Assembly: GCF_006345805.1 (NCBI RefSeq)
Contig: NC_043003.1
Span: 91,636,001 to 91,700,000 of the forward strand
Length of the DNA stretch: 64,000 nt
DNA from: Octopus sinensis
Taxonomy: Eukaryota
Direction of reading: 5' to 3'
Positions 26,890 through 40,920 of this stretch are shown here, piece after piece; the stretch's first letter is position 1; every line of letters begins with the position of its first letter. A model generated the notes under the pieces. It was not told where the DNA came from. It was given only the letters and a program-made list of their open reading frames with translations, and searched no databases. The position numbers were made by a program, and so were the translations under genes.

Positions 26890-27095
26890 TTGTATCCACT
26901 CTAATGAGTTCAGCTTGTAACTTGAAAGACCGAAGATCCTCCTCTACTAAAAGGGAGGATAGGAGATAGGGTGGATGATAAGATGTTGAGAAATTAAGAT
27001 GCAAGGATCTGGAACAGGTATACTGTTTGTGGAAGAGATTCATGGCTACTTTGTATTATATATGGGTGGATGGGGGAGGCCAGAGCTGGGCAAAA
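26890..27095 (-). mobile_element. Possible L2/CR1 3' ORF relic
   Basis: Degenerate LW.P...I.YKVAMNLFHK resembles the LHWLP...YK C-terminal LINE motif. Confidence 0.35.
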
Positions 27096-29033
27096 ATGTA
27101 AAATATAAAGACATTGAAACAGATGGGTTAGTAGGCAGATGCAGGCATGTTGATAATCAAAAGGGTTAATGTCAGTTTTTGGTTTTATTAAACCTCCTCA
27201 GTGAATTATTGTATTCGGTTGGTAGGACATTGATCAATATATCTCTGTGGGTAGAGAGAAGTGGGGGTGTAATGTAGTGACACTGATTATGAATATCAAC
27301 ACTATGGTTGATGGAAAATACTCCAAAGGAGCATTCTGTCTACTAAATACAATTATGACTGGTCTTGTACATGTTAGATATGATTGGAAATCTTCAATTA
27401 TCTCATGTTTAGTCCTACTGTAATTGTTTTAATATACAGAACATTCCTCTGTGGTATATTCTCTTAGTTATATTATCAAGTGTTTATTGTAGGTATTACT
27501 CTTAGTTTTCTAGATTCTAAATTCATTGATGTCTAGGATGCAGTGCTGAAATTTGACTGGTACTTTATATTATCAGCCTTGGAAAGATGAAGATCAAAGT
27601 TGATTTGAAAAGACTTGTACTTGGAGCATAAAAACTATAATTCAGCAAGGCAGTTTGGTTGGTGCATAATGAATTTGTCAGTCCATCTCACTTTAGTTTA
27701 GTTTAATCTAATCCTCTTCCTCCTTGTCATCATTAATGTTTGACTTCCATATTGGTTTGAGATGAACTGCTTGACAGGATCTGCTGAATCAGAGGACTAC
27801 ATAAAACCTCAGATGTCTACTTTGAAATAGTTTCTACAGCTGGATACCCTTCCTAATACCAACCTCGTTACTGTGTGTATTGAGTACTGCTTTTGTGGCA
27901 CCAGCACTAGAGAAGATTGCTTCATATCTTGCAAATTGGCCTCTATACTTAGAAAGAATTGAAGAGAGAGTGGGTGATCTATCTTCCCTCAGTTATAGGG
28001 GCTACTTTAAGCCCTTAATCTTACAAGTTACAAGGCAGTCATAACTAGTACCAGTACCTTAATGAGCATTGCCTCATAATTTGCAAGGCAAGCCCCTATA
28101 ACTCTGAAAAATGTTTCACTCCCATTTCATAATTGACTCGGTAGTTGAAAAAGTTAATCAACATTGAGTTTGTAAATTTAAGAAAATATCAAAATTAGCA
28201 TTACAAAACTTTTGAAACATTTAACCAAAATTTGTACAGGAAATTGATCTTAAAAAAGAAAACCTTTTTATTACCAAATTTCTGTTGAAATAAACTGACT
28301 TTTTTTCTATTGATTTTGAAATAAATAAAGAGTTTAATAAAATAAGTTTGTCATTATTAAGCTGGTGTTTGGAGCATAAATTAGCACAAAATTTTGCTGG
28401 AAGGTTTTGACATAGATCACTTTAAAACAAGAAGTTTGTATCATAGAACTAGGACAGTTGCAGGTGCGTTAGTATCAAAAGACAAAATGGAGAGAAAAAA
28501 TATAACACTAGTTGTGTGAAAATTGTATTAATAGTGGACAAATGTCCAGTTTTCTGCTGGAAAATTTGGACCATGACACAGATTATAGAATTAAGTAGCT
28601 GTGAGAGGTGTCATGGCTGAATGTAAAAAAAAAAAAAAATGTTGGCCTGTTTAAATTTTGGGTCTAGTGTTCAAACCTCTAGTCAGCATTTCTTTTTATC
28701 TCTGACCAATTGACTAACTTAATTTTTCTTAACTGTTAGGAATCAGTTCCATAGCTATTGGACAGACTAATAGCATCACTTCAAGAGTTATTTACTTCTG
28801 TCTACTGTATCCTGGGAGCTGTAGGAAACATAGGTTGTGTTCAGATTTAAATCTGATTGAATACTAGTTCTGAAAATAAATCTGACTATGGAATAAAATA
28901 TTTTTCTTTTTCCAAATAATTATGCAGCACATAAATTGTAAATAGTCCAACTGAATTTGACTTATCTAGATTCTAGATATGCAAGAAAAGAATTATTTTT
29001 TATTTGAGGAAGCATTTTTAGACTTTTCTAAGC

Positions 29034-29272
29034 TAAGGGAGAGGTATAACTTAGGTTAGTTCGATTAATGCTGCAGACTGACTAACCTCTGCTTCACTAA
29101 AAACATCCACTCAATACATGTCATTCCCCAACCCTTCCCAGCTTATTACTACTTTCACTAATTGCTATATTCAACCTTTCTGCAGACCTTTACCCTTTTG
29201 AATTCCTGCCCCTCCCCTGGACAACCAGTCTGCAGCATTAATCGAACTAACCTAAGTTATACCTCTCCCTTA
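29034..29272. repeat. Perfect 47 bp inverted repeat around a 145 nt spacer (possible TA-flanked MITE)
   Basis: 29034-29080 is the exact reverse complement of 29226-29272; both outer ends are TA. Confidence 0.92.
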
Positions 29273-29462
29273 TGACAACCTGTAGTGAGGTTGTCATAAA
29301 ACAAGAGATGTAGTGGTCATTGGCCTGATAATTGTTCTGGTAGATTTCTAGAGATAGTGGGGAGTTTGTTGAGTAAGTTTCCATTGTCACAATTAACATC
29401 TACACCAAAGTTTTTTTTTTGATAGTTCATGTGATAATAGTTTCTTGAAGCAAGCCAATCAC

Positions 29463-29665
29463 TTAACTCTTTCGCATTTAATCTGACCACATCTGACCCA
29501 AATATTCTACCTGTTTTATGTTAAAACTGACCAGATCCAACCTCTCACACCTACCCTACAATGTCAACATTGAAATCCTTAAGCTACAAAATAATGTATG
29601 ATTAATTGAAAGCAATATGAATACATTTGACCAAAAAAAAAAAAATCTGAACACTAAAGGGTTAA
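29463..29665 (-). mobile_element. piggyBac-like MITE family P2
   Basis: TTAA-ctctttcgcatt ... aacactaaaggg-TTAA. Confidence 0.8.
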
Positions 29666-29677
29666 AGTGATGTTTAT

Positions 29678-29903
29678 TTAACTCCTTTGATGCCAGTGTG
29701 TCTCGAGCCACCTCAGGTCCTATGATACACATTTACTATTCTAAAGTGAACTAAATTAAATCATCCATCACAATTTCATGTTATGTTCCAAATACCAGCA
29801 TAAATAAACGATAAAGTTATTTTGATAAATTGTTAATTACTTTCAAAATTAGCCAAAACAAAGGCAGTGTATTTTAACAGGAACACTATAAGAAAAGAGT
29901 TGA
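29678..29903 (-). mobile_element. piggyBac-like MITE family P1
   Basis: TTAA-ctcctttgatgcca start; body is the reverse complement of P1. Confidence 0.7.
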
Positions 29904-30093
29904 ACTGTTTTGGCAAGAAGAATGTGCAACGACATAATCAGGATAATAACTCGACTAATCAGCCATCAGTAATGTTTTTGGGATTAAAAACTTCTTACTT
30001 CCCAAAGAAAGACTTTTTCATTGATGAAACCCTAAAATGATAGTCAGGAATTCATGTTCTGATGCTGTTAATACATATTTCTTCCCAAAACAC

Positions 30094-30305
30094 TTAAACC
30101 CTTTTGTTACCATATTTCTGTTGAAATGCACTGCCTTTGTATCAATTAATCATGAAAATAATTAACAATTTATTAAAATAACAGTCATTATTATGCTGAT
30201 GTTTGAAACAAATCTAAATGGAAGTTTAGATCACACTCTTTAAACAAGGAATTTATATCATAGGTCTGGAGGTGGTCCCTGGTGGGTTGGTATCAAAAGA
30301 GTTAA
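30094..30305 (+). mobile_element. piggyBac-like MITE family P1
   Basis: TTAA-acccttttgttacca ... tggtatcaaaagag-TTAA. Confidence 0.8.
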
Positions 30306-31150
30306 TTCACCAGTCCTTCAAATGAGGGCTTATTTCAAGAAATTATCTCATGAGCTCTCAAACGAGCTTCTGTGTAGTGGCAGTCAAACTTGCTCAACAA
30401 ACATCCCCCCTATATTCATCAATCTCCTACAATATTGTTTTTCAAGACTACTGCTACTTTATAGCTGTGGCAGTTGTTTTACGAGGACCATTTAATAGTT
30501 ACAACTTAAAGATGGTAGCCATGGTTGGGCTGATACAGTTCGGTGCCATCATCATCAGAGTTTTGGCATCCACTTTTCAATGCTTACATGGGTTAGATAG
30601 AATTGTTTGAGTGCAGATTTTCTACAGCTGGATGCCCTTCCTATCATCAACCCTCACTTGTTTCCAAGCAAGATAATACTTCTCCATGCTCAGATGTTTT
30701 CTCACAACGACACTCATTTACAAATATCACATGGTCAAGATAAGGAGACACAAACATGCACCCATACATATACATAAGCGAAAACAGACTATGGAACCTG
30801 GTGTGGCCCTGGTCTTGCCAGTTCCTGTCAAGCAGTCCAACCCATGCTAGCATGGACAATGGATGTTAAATGTTGATGATGGTGAGGACAGGCTTCTTTC
30901 AGTTTCCATCTACCAAATCTACTTCAAGGCTTTGGTTGGTCCAGAGCTATAGTAGAAGACACCTACCCAAGGTGCCACTCAGTGGATACACTAATTAACT
31001 AACATTTAAATCTCATCCTTCATTGCTGTTTTTCACATTCCACTTATACTTTTCACCTCTTCAGAGTTGATGAATATATATGAGTAGACAAAACAAAACT
31101 ATAATATGAATATTTTAAATTGACATTTTTCTTTCTTTTTCTGGTTACAG

Positions 31151-31188
31151 AAAACGAAGAACAACCACAGTTTCAGATGGACATTTGA
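31151..31188 (+). CDS. EIF4EBP: 4E-BP last coding exon with TOS motif
   Basis: Polypyrimidine tract + ttaCAG acceptor; phase 1 continuation (E)NEEQPQFQMDI*; FQMDI matches the FEMDI TOR-signalling motif. Confidence 0.92.
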
Positions 31189-31607
31189 ACTTTTCTTCAA
31201 ACTTTTCGTGTGATTTTCTATGGCTCTTCTTGATGTTGTTTCTTCTGAACAGGCATTTAAAAAAAAAAAAAAAAGAAATCGATACCTGCAAATTCACCAT
31301 GCTGGTGTTGGATTTTGTGTGCTGATAAATAATCTAAGTGCCATATATTTCACTGTCCAGCATCTTGATGTTACCAGCGGCTCATTGTGAGGAAACTTAC
31401 TTGGTCCATTTTCGTAAAGAAAAAGACAGAAAAAACAAAACAAAACTGAATGGAAACAGCAGTAGCAACAACTTAACATAGACAAATCTCTTGAAATTAA
31501 ATTTGTGAGCTGTGTACTTGGATGGATGTGTGTGTGTATGTTTGTACCAGTGTGTGTTAGTGTATGTATATGCATGTGTGTTTGTGTGTATAAATATATA
31601 TACATAT

Positions 31608-31646
<39 letters not shown>

Positions 31647-32370
31647 CGTGTATATGTATATATACATATATAAACGTGTATATGTATATATACATATAAA
31701 CGTGTATATGTATATTTACATATATAAACGTGTATATGTATATATACATATATAAACGTGTATATGTATATATAAACATGTATATACATATATAAACAGT
31801 ATATATATATACATATATAAACATGTATATACATATATACATATATAAACCTGTATTATATATATACATATATAAACATGTATATACATATATACATATA
31901 TACACATGTAATATATATATACATATATAAACATGTATATATATATACATATAAAACAGTATATATATATTACATATATACGTATATATATATATATACA
32001 TGTATGTATATATATATGCATATATATATTATGTCTATATATATAATATATATATAATGCATATATGCATTATATATATACATTACATATACATATATAC
32101 ATGTATAACATTATATACATACATACATGTTTATATATGTATATATATATATATGTATGTATATATTTGTATATATATATGATATATATATATAATATCT
32201 ATATATATGTTATGTTATATATATGTATATATATATATATGTATATATATGTATGTATATATGTACATATATATATATATATACATCCATGCATATGTAT
32301 ACATGTATGTATATATATACATGTGTGTATATATATATATACACACATACATCTACAGAAACATACATTC

Positions 32371-32416
<46 letters not shown>

Positions 32417-35400
32417 ATGTGGGGACTTGTATGTGCATGTAAAGGGCAGCAGACAGCATTCTTTAAACTCTATAAAAAAGCTGTATATGAAAAAGGTAAA
32501 ACCCAAAATAGAGCATATTGGCTAATCTTTATGATATTTATATATTTAATGTATAATAATCTATTTATGGTGTATTCAATTTAGTTCAAAATTTAAATGC
32601 TGCTACCTGTGTACACCTGTTTTCTGTCCTGTAGGAGATTACTTGAAGCTTTTTTTTGAATGGCTGTATGATGAACTCTCGTAACAGAGAAAACAGGTGT
32701 TCATGTCTAGTAGTATTTAACTAAATTATGTAATCCACTCTGCTAGCCTGCATTGAGTCCTTTTTAAGTTTGTGGTTTATCTTGTTCATCAGACAAGTAT
32801 TAACCAAAAAAGAGAAAATAGTATTATCACCATTCTAAAGTATTCTTCTTAAGGATTTTAAATATTTTCCTTATCTCCAACTTTGAAATTGATTCAGAGA
32901 TAAAGGAGGAAAATTGTATTAAGAACATTTTAAATGAAAAAGGAGAGAAAGAAGAGAAAGCTCTTCTCACTTCTCTGTTATAAATGTGGTTTCACATAAT
33001 TTTTGCTTTTGTCTTTGTAAGACATTAAAAAAAATCAATAAGAAAAAGTTTATTTTTTCTTCTATGGATCTCTATTTCTTTAAATGTAGTATCTACGAAA
33101 ACCGAACACTTTCGTTTGTATTTTGGTTTAAGAGTTCAACTTTTTTTCCATTTTTTTCTTTTTATATATTTTTAAAAAAAATTTTTACTGGAATATTTTG
33201 AATGTGAAAAAAATTTCTATTCTTCCTTCTGTGGTATTGAAAAGAAAGAAAAAAAACTTAAAACAATTTTAAATTTCCATTTATCCACAAACAAATCAGA
33301 TTGCCTTTTATTAGGTTTTTTTTTTAAAGTTTCCTTCTTGCAATATTTTATTTTAAAAAGTGTTTTTTTTTTTATAAAAAAAACAACGAAATATTTGAAT
33401 ATGTTTATTTTCCTCCTTTTTCTTCTTTATTTTTTTAACCTTACAGAATATTAAGATTTTTGGGTTGGAATTAATTCTTCATTCTATACTGTTTCTGCTG
33501 TCAAACTGTTATTAAATATCAACATAGTCAATGAACAATGGGAAAAATATGCCACCAGTGTATGTTTGGAAGTTCATGTTTCGTACATATTTATAAGCCC
33601 TTTATGCAAATTTTATATATCTTCAGCAAGATTTTCTACATGTTTAAATCAGTCTGTCTTCCACTGATCTCTATAAAACCTAACTAGTTGCATTGATATT
33701 TATCTTCTTTCAGAATCCTGTGATATTTTTTAAAATCTATTCATTCTTAATAAGTTCTGGCAGATTAAAACATGAATCACTGTTGTTTTACATCATTAGA
33801 GAACACCTCTTCCCTTTAGGCAGTATAGGTTCATAACACACACAATCAATCAGAATGAGTGGATTTTGAAATAGTGTTCAACCTCATTGTGTGTCTCATC
33901 AGTCAAAGTTAACGTGTCGGACTGATGAATCTCACAAGAGCATGAGTTCTTGTTTATAGCAATCATTTGCTAATGTCTGCCAGACAGATAATAATTCACG
34001 GGGTGCATACAGAACTGCAAGAATCTAAACAATAATGTATCTATTCATTCTTAATACATTCTAGAACATTCAAATGTAATTATATGACCACTCAAATCTG
34101 CCAGAATGTATGAAAAATTAATTGATATGTTATTGTTTGGATTCTTACTATTCTGCATATATTCCATGAATTAAGTTTTTGATCTATTTCCAGTCAATTT
34201 GTTTTCTCTACACAATTCAAGTTCACTGATTTCCTTCTTAGTCTGAGACAAAATCTTCTCCATTATATATATATACCCACATTCTTTATTCTATTCTTCT
34301 CTTTCTGTATTTCTCTCCCTTTTGTTTTTTCTGTGTATAGTACTTTCATTCGGATTAGCAAGTGTAATTCCATGAAAACTGATCATTCACTATTTTACTT
34401 TCCTACTGTTTTTTTTTCTCTTCACTTAAAACACCTCTATTATTTAACCCTTTGCAAATTGAGCTCAGTTTAGTTGTCTTATTGTTAAAACTAGCAAAAA
34501 TAAATATATTAAATGAAGGTTTTATGATTGTATTTGTTTATATGAAATGTTTTTGTTTAGTTGTCTAGTTTTCTTTTTTAATGACAGTATTACAAGTAAT
34601 ACAGTCCTGTGTGTGTCTTTTGTGTGTTTATATGTATATTTTCATATATATTTGTGTGTGCGTGATCATACTCAAATTTATTGATTTTATAAGGGTGCTG
34701 TATTGTTTGTTAGCATTAGACTTATCTGATATTCTATTTTATTTTTGAATTTAAAGTCTCATTATTGTCTAGAGTTCTACTAGCTATTGATTCTATACTG
34801 TCTGGTAATAATATCATATATACTGCTAGATTGTAGATTGGTGCTATGATAAATTTCAACTGTCTTTAGATTCAGTTTCTGGTGCTGTATTACCTCTTTA
34901 GATTTAGACTGGTGCTATATCACTATACAAATTCTATCTCTTCTTATTGTCTTTACTTACATATACAATGCATACTGTCTCTACATTTTAGTATTAGATG
35001 TTAACCTTCTCTTTAGAGACCAAAATGCACTTAACTTTAAAGTGGTTCTCATATCCTGGGATAGTGCAACTTCTTCATTCCTTATTTTTCTGAAACACAT
35101 CTAAGAAAATATCAACTTTTCCAGAAGTGGTTTTCTGCCCGCCCCCAACTGCTTTTAGATTAGCAGCAAATTTTAAATATGCTGTCTCATGCAGGTTTAT
35201 GTTGGTTATATGATATTCTTAATTTTCAGAATATCTTGTAAATTTAAGCATAATAAGGAAATTCAACACATTTTAGTAAAACTAGTACAATCTCAGGAAA
35301 CCAGTTCTGCTATTGCAAAAGTAATGCAAACCAAAATTCATTTCCCTGTTTGAACTGTTGTAAACATTTTTGGGTGGGATTAGGAAATATACTAAGGTCT

Positions 35401-36147
35401 TTAACCCACCATGCCTGGTTTTTTTTTTCTCCCCACTGTTTTTGTACGTTCAATAAAATGCTTTCTTATGAAAAGAACTTCAACTGCTTCAGTTTAAATT
35501 ATTAAGTCACATTGCTATTAAAGTAAATGTGAATAGTTGTAAGTAGTATTTTGAACAAAATTCAAGAACACTCTACAGCGAGTAGAGTACAAATTTGCTA
35601 TGATATCATAAAGTTGTCTGCTTTTCTATTATTTGAAGTTTCATGCTGATGTAGCAATCTTCAGAGTGATTATCAGCATCATCTGATTAGTGGCAGGGAA
35701 ATTTGGAGTAATGTAAATGTAGTCAACTTTAATTATAATATTGAATGCGTGTGTGCACATGTATGCATATACTCATACACACTCACACATGTATGTGTGT
35801 CTGTACATATGTACACATGCATGCACATATGTCTGTATATATGTATATGTATGTACACACACACACACATATATATATATATATGTGTGTGTGTATGTAT
35901 GTATATAAAGCTTGCTTTAACACATGTATCTGCCATTTTCACTGTTGATTCTTTCACTTTGGAAAGTCAACATATTGAAGGACTATTACTACTTTTTGTA
36001 TATTTGTATGTATAGACAGACATATAGGTGAATATATATATGTATATGTATGTATATATGTGTATATATATATGTGTGTATATATATATATGTATATATA
36101 TATATAGTGTATATATATGTATGTGTGAGTGTGTATATATATATATA

Positions 36148-36200
<53 letters not shown>

Positions 36201-36356
36201 AAGGGCATTCAGCTGTAGAAACCTTGCCAGATCAGATTGGAGCCTGGTGCAGCCTTCTGGCTTGCCAGTCCTCAGTCAAACCGTCCAACCAATGACAACA
36301 TGGAAAGCGGATGCTTAACGATGACAGTGATGATATATATATGTATGTGTGTGTGC

Positions 36357-36431
<75 letters not shown>

Positions 36432-38113
36432 CTTGTTAAATGCTTAATGGATTCACTGGAGTCTTTGAGTAGTAGAAATGTTGATCTGCTTTTTTTTTTA
36501 TTGTGTTCCCTCCTAAAACATGTTTAATGTAAAATAACATGTCTCTCTGTTATGTGCGGACTTTTATGCCATTTGTTGTATTTACAAGCCTAGTTTTATT
36601 CTAAGAATTGGCCTTAGCTGGGATCTTGTTATTGTTTTGAGTATAATAGAAATATAAAAATAAAATAAATAGTGGTACTTTTTGTATTTAAGTATGAATA
36701 CTAGTATTTACCAATTCTAAAGAGCCGAGGGACTGTTTGATAATGCTAAATAAGTAATTTGGTTTCTGCTAACTTTAAATTTGATAGAATTGGAATATTA
36801 TTTTGAAACATTGAAATTATAGGGCACTAGAAAAAAAAGGAAAAAAAAAATTTCAACAAAAAATTAATTTTTATAATTAACTTTTTACAAATTTAAAATA
36901 AATACATCCTTTATTTGATTTTTTTTTGCTCAGTTTTTGTTTGATTTAACTTCCTAATTAAGATTAATCAAGCCTGGATTTTGCTTGTAGCCATGAAATG
37001 AAATAGAATCACTAGAATTGAAAGAAACTAGTTGAGGTCTGTGTCAAGACATGATTAAAAAGCATGAGAAAAAGTTTCTCTTAGTTTTGCAGGGGTTGTC
37101 ATCAAGAGTTGCTCTTCAATGAGGCATTCACTAAGTCTAAGATATTTCTTTTCATGGCATACTAACATACCTTACATCTTTTTTTTTTTTTTACAATTAT
37201 TTTTATCTTTTAATAACTGTCACCACTTAGTTTCCATGTTTTTTCCTTCAGGCATTGACTTACAGTTTCTCAGATTTCTTTGAATAGTTTATTGTATTTA
37301 TGAACTTGTAAGTGCATCTCATATCTTTGCACTAAAACTTCCTCTCAGCTGTCATGTTTTGGGGTATCATTTTCAATTTTATAGGTTATGATACTTAATT
37401 TTCTTGGATTAAAACAGAAAGGCTCTTGAATAGAAAAGAACAACTCCACACAGTACATGTAATATTAATGTTAAATTGAATCAAGTTTCTTAGTGGTTCC
37501 ATGAAAGATTTTAGAGAATTGGCTTCATATATTTTCTCTAAAATTACGGTCTAAAAAAATTGTTTGCAAATGGCATTCATGAATGTTTCAAATAAACAAA
37601 GCTTTATCAATTTTCATAATTGTATTTTGTAAAGCACAGGATTTCCTACTAGTCAGCTGTCTTTGTTTGAATGTAGCCCACCATCTTTTGAGCTGAGCTT
37701 GTTTTAGATTAAATTTGGACAGCCATCATAATATTACTAGTGAAATCTGGTGAAGACTTTGTTCAAAGTTGTGGATATATGTAATGTATTCATGTAAATA
37801 TCCATTATGTATAAATATTTGGATGGATACAGGGACAGAAATAAATAAAAATGTTAAACAAATGAACAGAAAATAAAATTTCAAATTCTAGAAACTCTAA
37901 AATTCACATGTGACGTGAATCTTAATTCTTTCTCCACTTGAAATGATTTGATATAAAATGGCTTCATATCTTAATCCTTTTTATAACAAATACCAAATGA
38001 ACTGTTATTTCAAACTCAAACTTTAGACTTTTCAATCTGGAATAAACTAACCTTGAATGTTGTACAACCCTTAGTAAGATTGTATGTGCGGTGTGCAGCT
38101 GTAGTGAGTCTGT

Positions 38114-38160
<47 letters not shown>

Positions 38161-38900
38161 AATAGCTAAATAGCAATAATATATATAGTCCTTGTAGATT
38201 ATGCAATTTCAGCTCTTCATTGCTGATACACCTCTTAACTGTTACTTTCTCTAAATGAAAATCTCATCTGTGACTTCAGCCAAGACACAGATTATTGCTT
38301 ATTACACTACTTATGTACTTAGTAATTTGTAAGTGTAGGCTTTTGTTTAATCATTATTCTTATTAATCTTATATGTGTACAGTTTTCAGTGAGTCCTAAA
38401 ATGGACTTTTGAAATTTCTTTTTAAACAAATGAAATCCAGCTTGACAAAAACAAAACAAACAAACAAAAAAAGAATTAACCGTACATCTTTTCTTTTTGT
38501 GAATGGATGTTTTGATAATCATTTTTAAGTAGGAATCAAAACGAATAAAAATTTGTAACTTTTAAACTATTTTTTCTACAAGTTGTCTGATTTGGCAGTA
38601 TATGTTTCTTAATTCAGGTATTTTAGTGTTTTGTAGTCCTAAATATACATGTGTGTGTTAATGCATATATATTATATATAGCAGGTGTATAGACTAATGC
38701 ATATATAAAAATGCATTCATGTAAGAATGCATCAAGTAAATTACAACACTATTTTCATATAAGAAAATTTAATTTTTCTTTTTGGTACCCTTAAGACCTA
38801 AAACCAGTAAAATAATTCAAATATTGTAGCAACTTTGTAAACTATTTTTATTACACCAGACCCTTTGCCCCAGTTACTGCAAGCCATGTCAGCATGAAAA
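31189..38900 (+). other. Putative long 3' UTR of 4E-BP (end uncertain)
   Basis: U-rich on +, nearly free of transposons compared with the flanks; AATAAA at 35452, 37840 and 38544. Confidence 0.4.
31590..32420. repeat. (TA)-rich micro/minisatellite including a ~26-28 bp unit aaacgtgtatatgtatatatacatat(at)
   Basis: About five tandem units from 31643, then degenerate. Confidence 0.95.
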
Positions 38901-39129
38901 ACAGGACACAATGAAAGATATTTTGAATCCTATTTATTATATTTTCAATAGATATAAAGTTAATATAAACTTGTTCCAGCTTTCTGAACAATAAAGCTCA
39001 TCTGTAGTCTGTTGTTTTGGTTCATACTTTTACAATCTTAAAATACCCTATTCCTACGTTTTATGCACATTCACACATACATGTGTATATGCATGTGCGT
39101 GTGTGTGTGTACGTGCAATCTGTGGAAAG

Positions 39130-39245
39130 ATGTGCTTTCACTGTGGCACCTATCCCCTCTGCCAGCCAGCACAGCTGTGCATTATGCGATAGAATGTGCA
39201 AATATTTAGCTGGGCTCAGGAATCATACGAGGGCTTCACATTGCT
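39130..39245 (+). mobile_element. Isolated C2H2 motif, probably the C-terminal relic of a LINE ORF2
   Basis: CALCDRMCKYLAGLRNHTRASH (C-x2-C-x12-H-x4-H) with no TGEKP linkers, resembling the RTE terminal finger. Confidence 0.4.
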
Positions 39246-40920
39246 TCATCAATGACTCATTTCAATGATTCTTTCTAGCAATGGCTTTGCTTATATATGA
39301 GAAAGCTACTCTGTGTGTGTATGTATATATATACATACACACACAAAATATGCAGGGGACTGGATTTAAAATTCAGGATTTTAAAGTTTTATGTTAACTA
39401 TGCCGTGAGTCTGTTCAAATGCTGTGCTATAGAAATAGAGCATGTCTCTATATTTGAAACCTAGACGACAGATTATCTGCAAACATATAAGTAGTGCCCC
39501 TAACAATTATCAGAGAACAGACCAACTAAAAAATATATATCTATATATATATATATGAAGAAAAAGGGCTGGACATTTTGAAATTGTATTTTCACCTTAT
39601 GTTCATATGTAGAATTTAAGAACTTAATAACACTTGAATAAGCAAATTGGTATGTAGTGTAGATAATAGAACACAAAAAGCAAAAACAGTAACAACACAC
39701 TAATACTATAAGATTTCTAATTCCAAATTAGGATTAGAGTAAAAAGACATGCAAAAGAAGCTGCTATCTCTTCTTTGCTACTAAGCTGCTGGAGATTTTA
39801 TTTTTAAAAAATTATTTTTTAATATGATTATATTACTTTTTTTTCTTTTCTGTTTTTAAAAAAAAAATTTATATTTTAATTCTTGCAACATGTATTGTGT
39901 AAGATACTTATAGGTGCAGGCATGGCTGTGTGGTTTTTAAGATGGTCATTTCACAACCACATGGTTCTTGATAAAATCCACTGCACGGCACCTTGGGCAA
40001 GTGCCTTCTGCTATAGCCTTGGGTTGACTAATACCTTGCAAGTGGAATTTGGTAGATGGAAACTGCAGAAGTCTGTCATGTGATAATGTATGTGTGCATG
40101 TGTGTGTGTGTTAGTGTCTCTGTTTATATTGTTTTATGTTATGTTCCTTTATGGTTTGTATCTTATTGGTTCAACAAATAAAGTTTGATTAAATAAGTAC
40201 TGGGGTTGATAGGTTTTGACTAAAAACCTTTTAAAAGCAGTGCCCCAGCTTGGTCATAGTTCAATGACTGAAAACAGTAAAAGAATGTGCATTTATATTT
40301 GATTTTAGGGAGAAAAGAAATTTTAAAAGATTTTTTTTTTGTTTTGGTTCTTTTTTTTTAAATATTAGTATTTTTTGTTTGTTACTTATTGAAAAAAACA
40401 GTTAAAAAACTTTTTTAAAAATTCTTTTGTTCGGGGTAGGGGAAATGCTTTCTCCTCCCCTTCTTATTTTAAAATGTTTGTGTGTGTTTGTGTGAATGAG
40501 TGATCCCATGAAGAAGAAAACTATTACCTCTGTCTAAAATCATTGTGGGATGAAAAATATTTGAAAAAAAGAAAAAAATGAAATAAAAATGAATTAACTA
40601 CAAGATTTTGCTCTATTTTTTTTAAAATAATTTACTTTGATGTAAAGAAATCTAAGAAAAAGAATCAGAAAAAAGATTACTGAATATAATGTAAGCAATA
40701 TGTAAAGTCTTTGATTATTTTAATCTTTGTTCAGTAATTATTTTGGTATTAATGACATGTAGGGATGTGATATTTCATTATGCAACCATAATATACTATA
40801 AAATATATTAAACATTTTTATAAGTCAGTACCATGTTCTGCTGTGTTAGAATTATTTTGGTGGTTGGTCAGTGCATTGATAACATACAAGGCTATATATT
40901 TCATGAGCTGACAATTGTTA

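Noticed and set aside
33718-33725. K-box CTGTGATA (miR-2 family site) in the putative 3' UTR
   Set aside because: A single site, compatible with chance without conservation data.
33847-33904. C/D-box snoRNA-like CTGATGA...CTGA on the minus strand
   Set aside because: No terminal stem, antisense to the host gene and no recognisable guide.
35630-35672. CTGAAGA-ttgctacatcagcat-GAAAC hammerhead-like motif (minus strand)
   Set aside because: T-T closing pair in stem II and no stem I pairing; chance or a very old relic.
39017-39268. Single C2H2 motif as a second ZNF gene
   Set aside because: A lone finger without linkers or splice support; better explained as a LINE ORF2 end.
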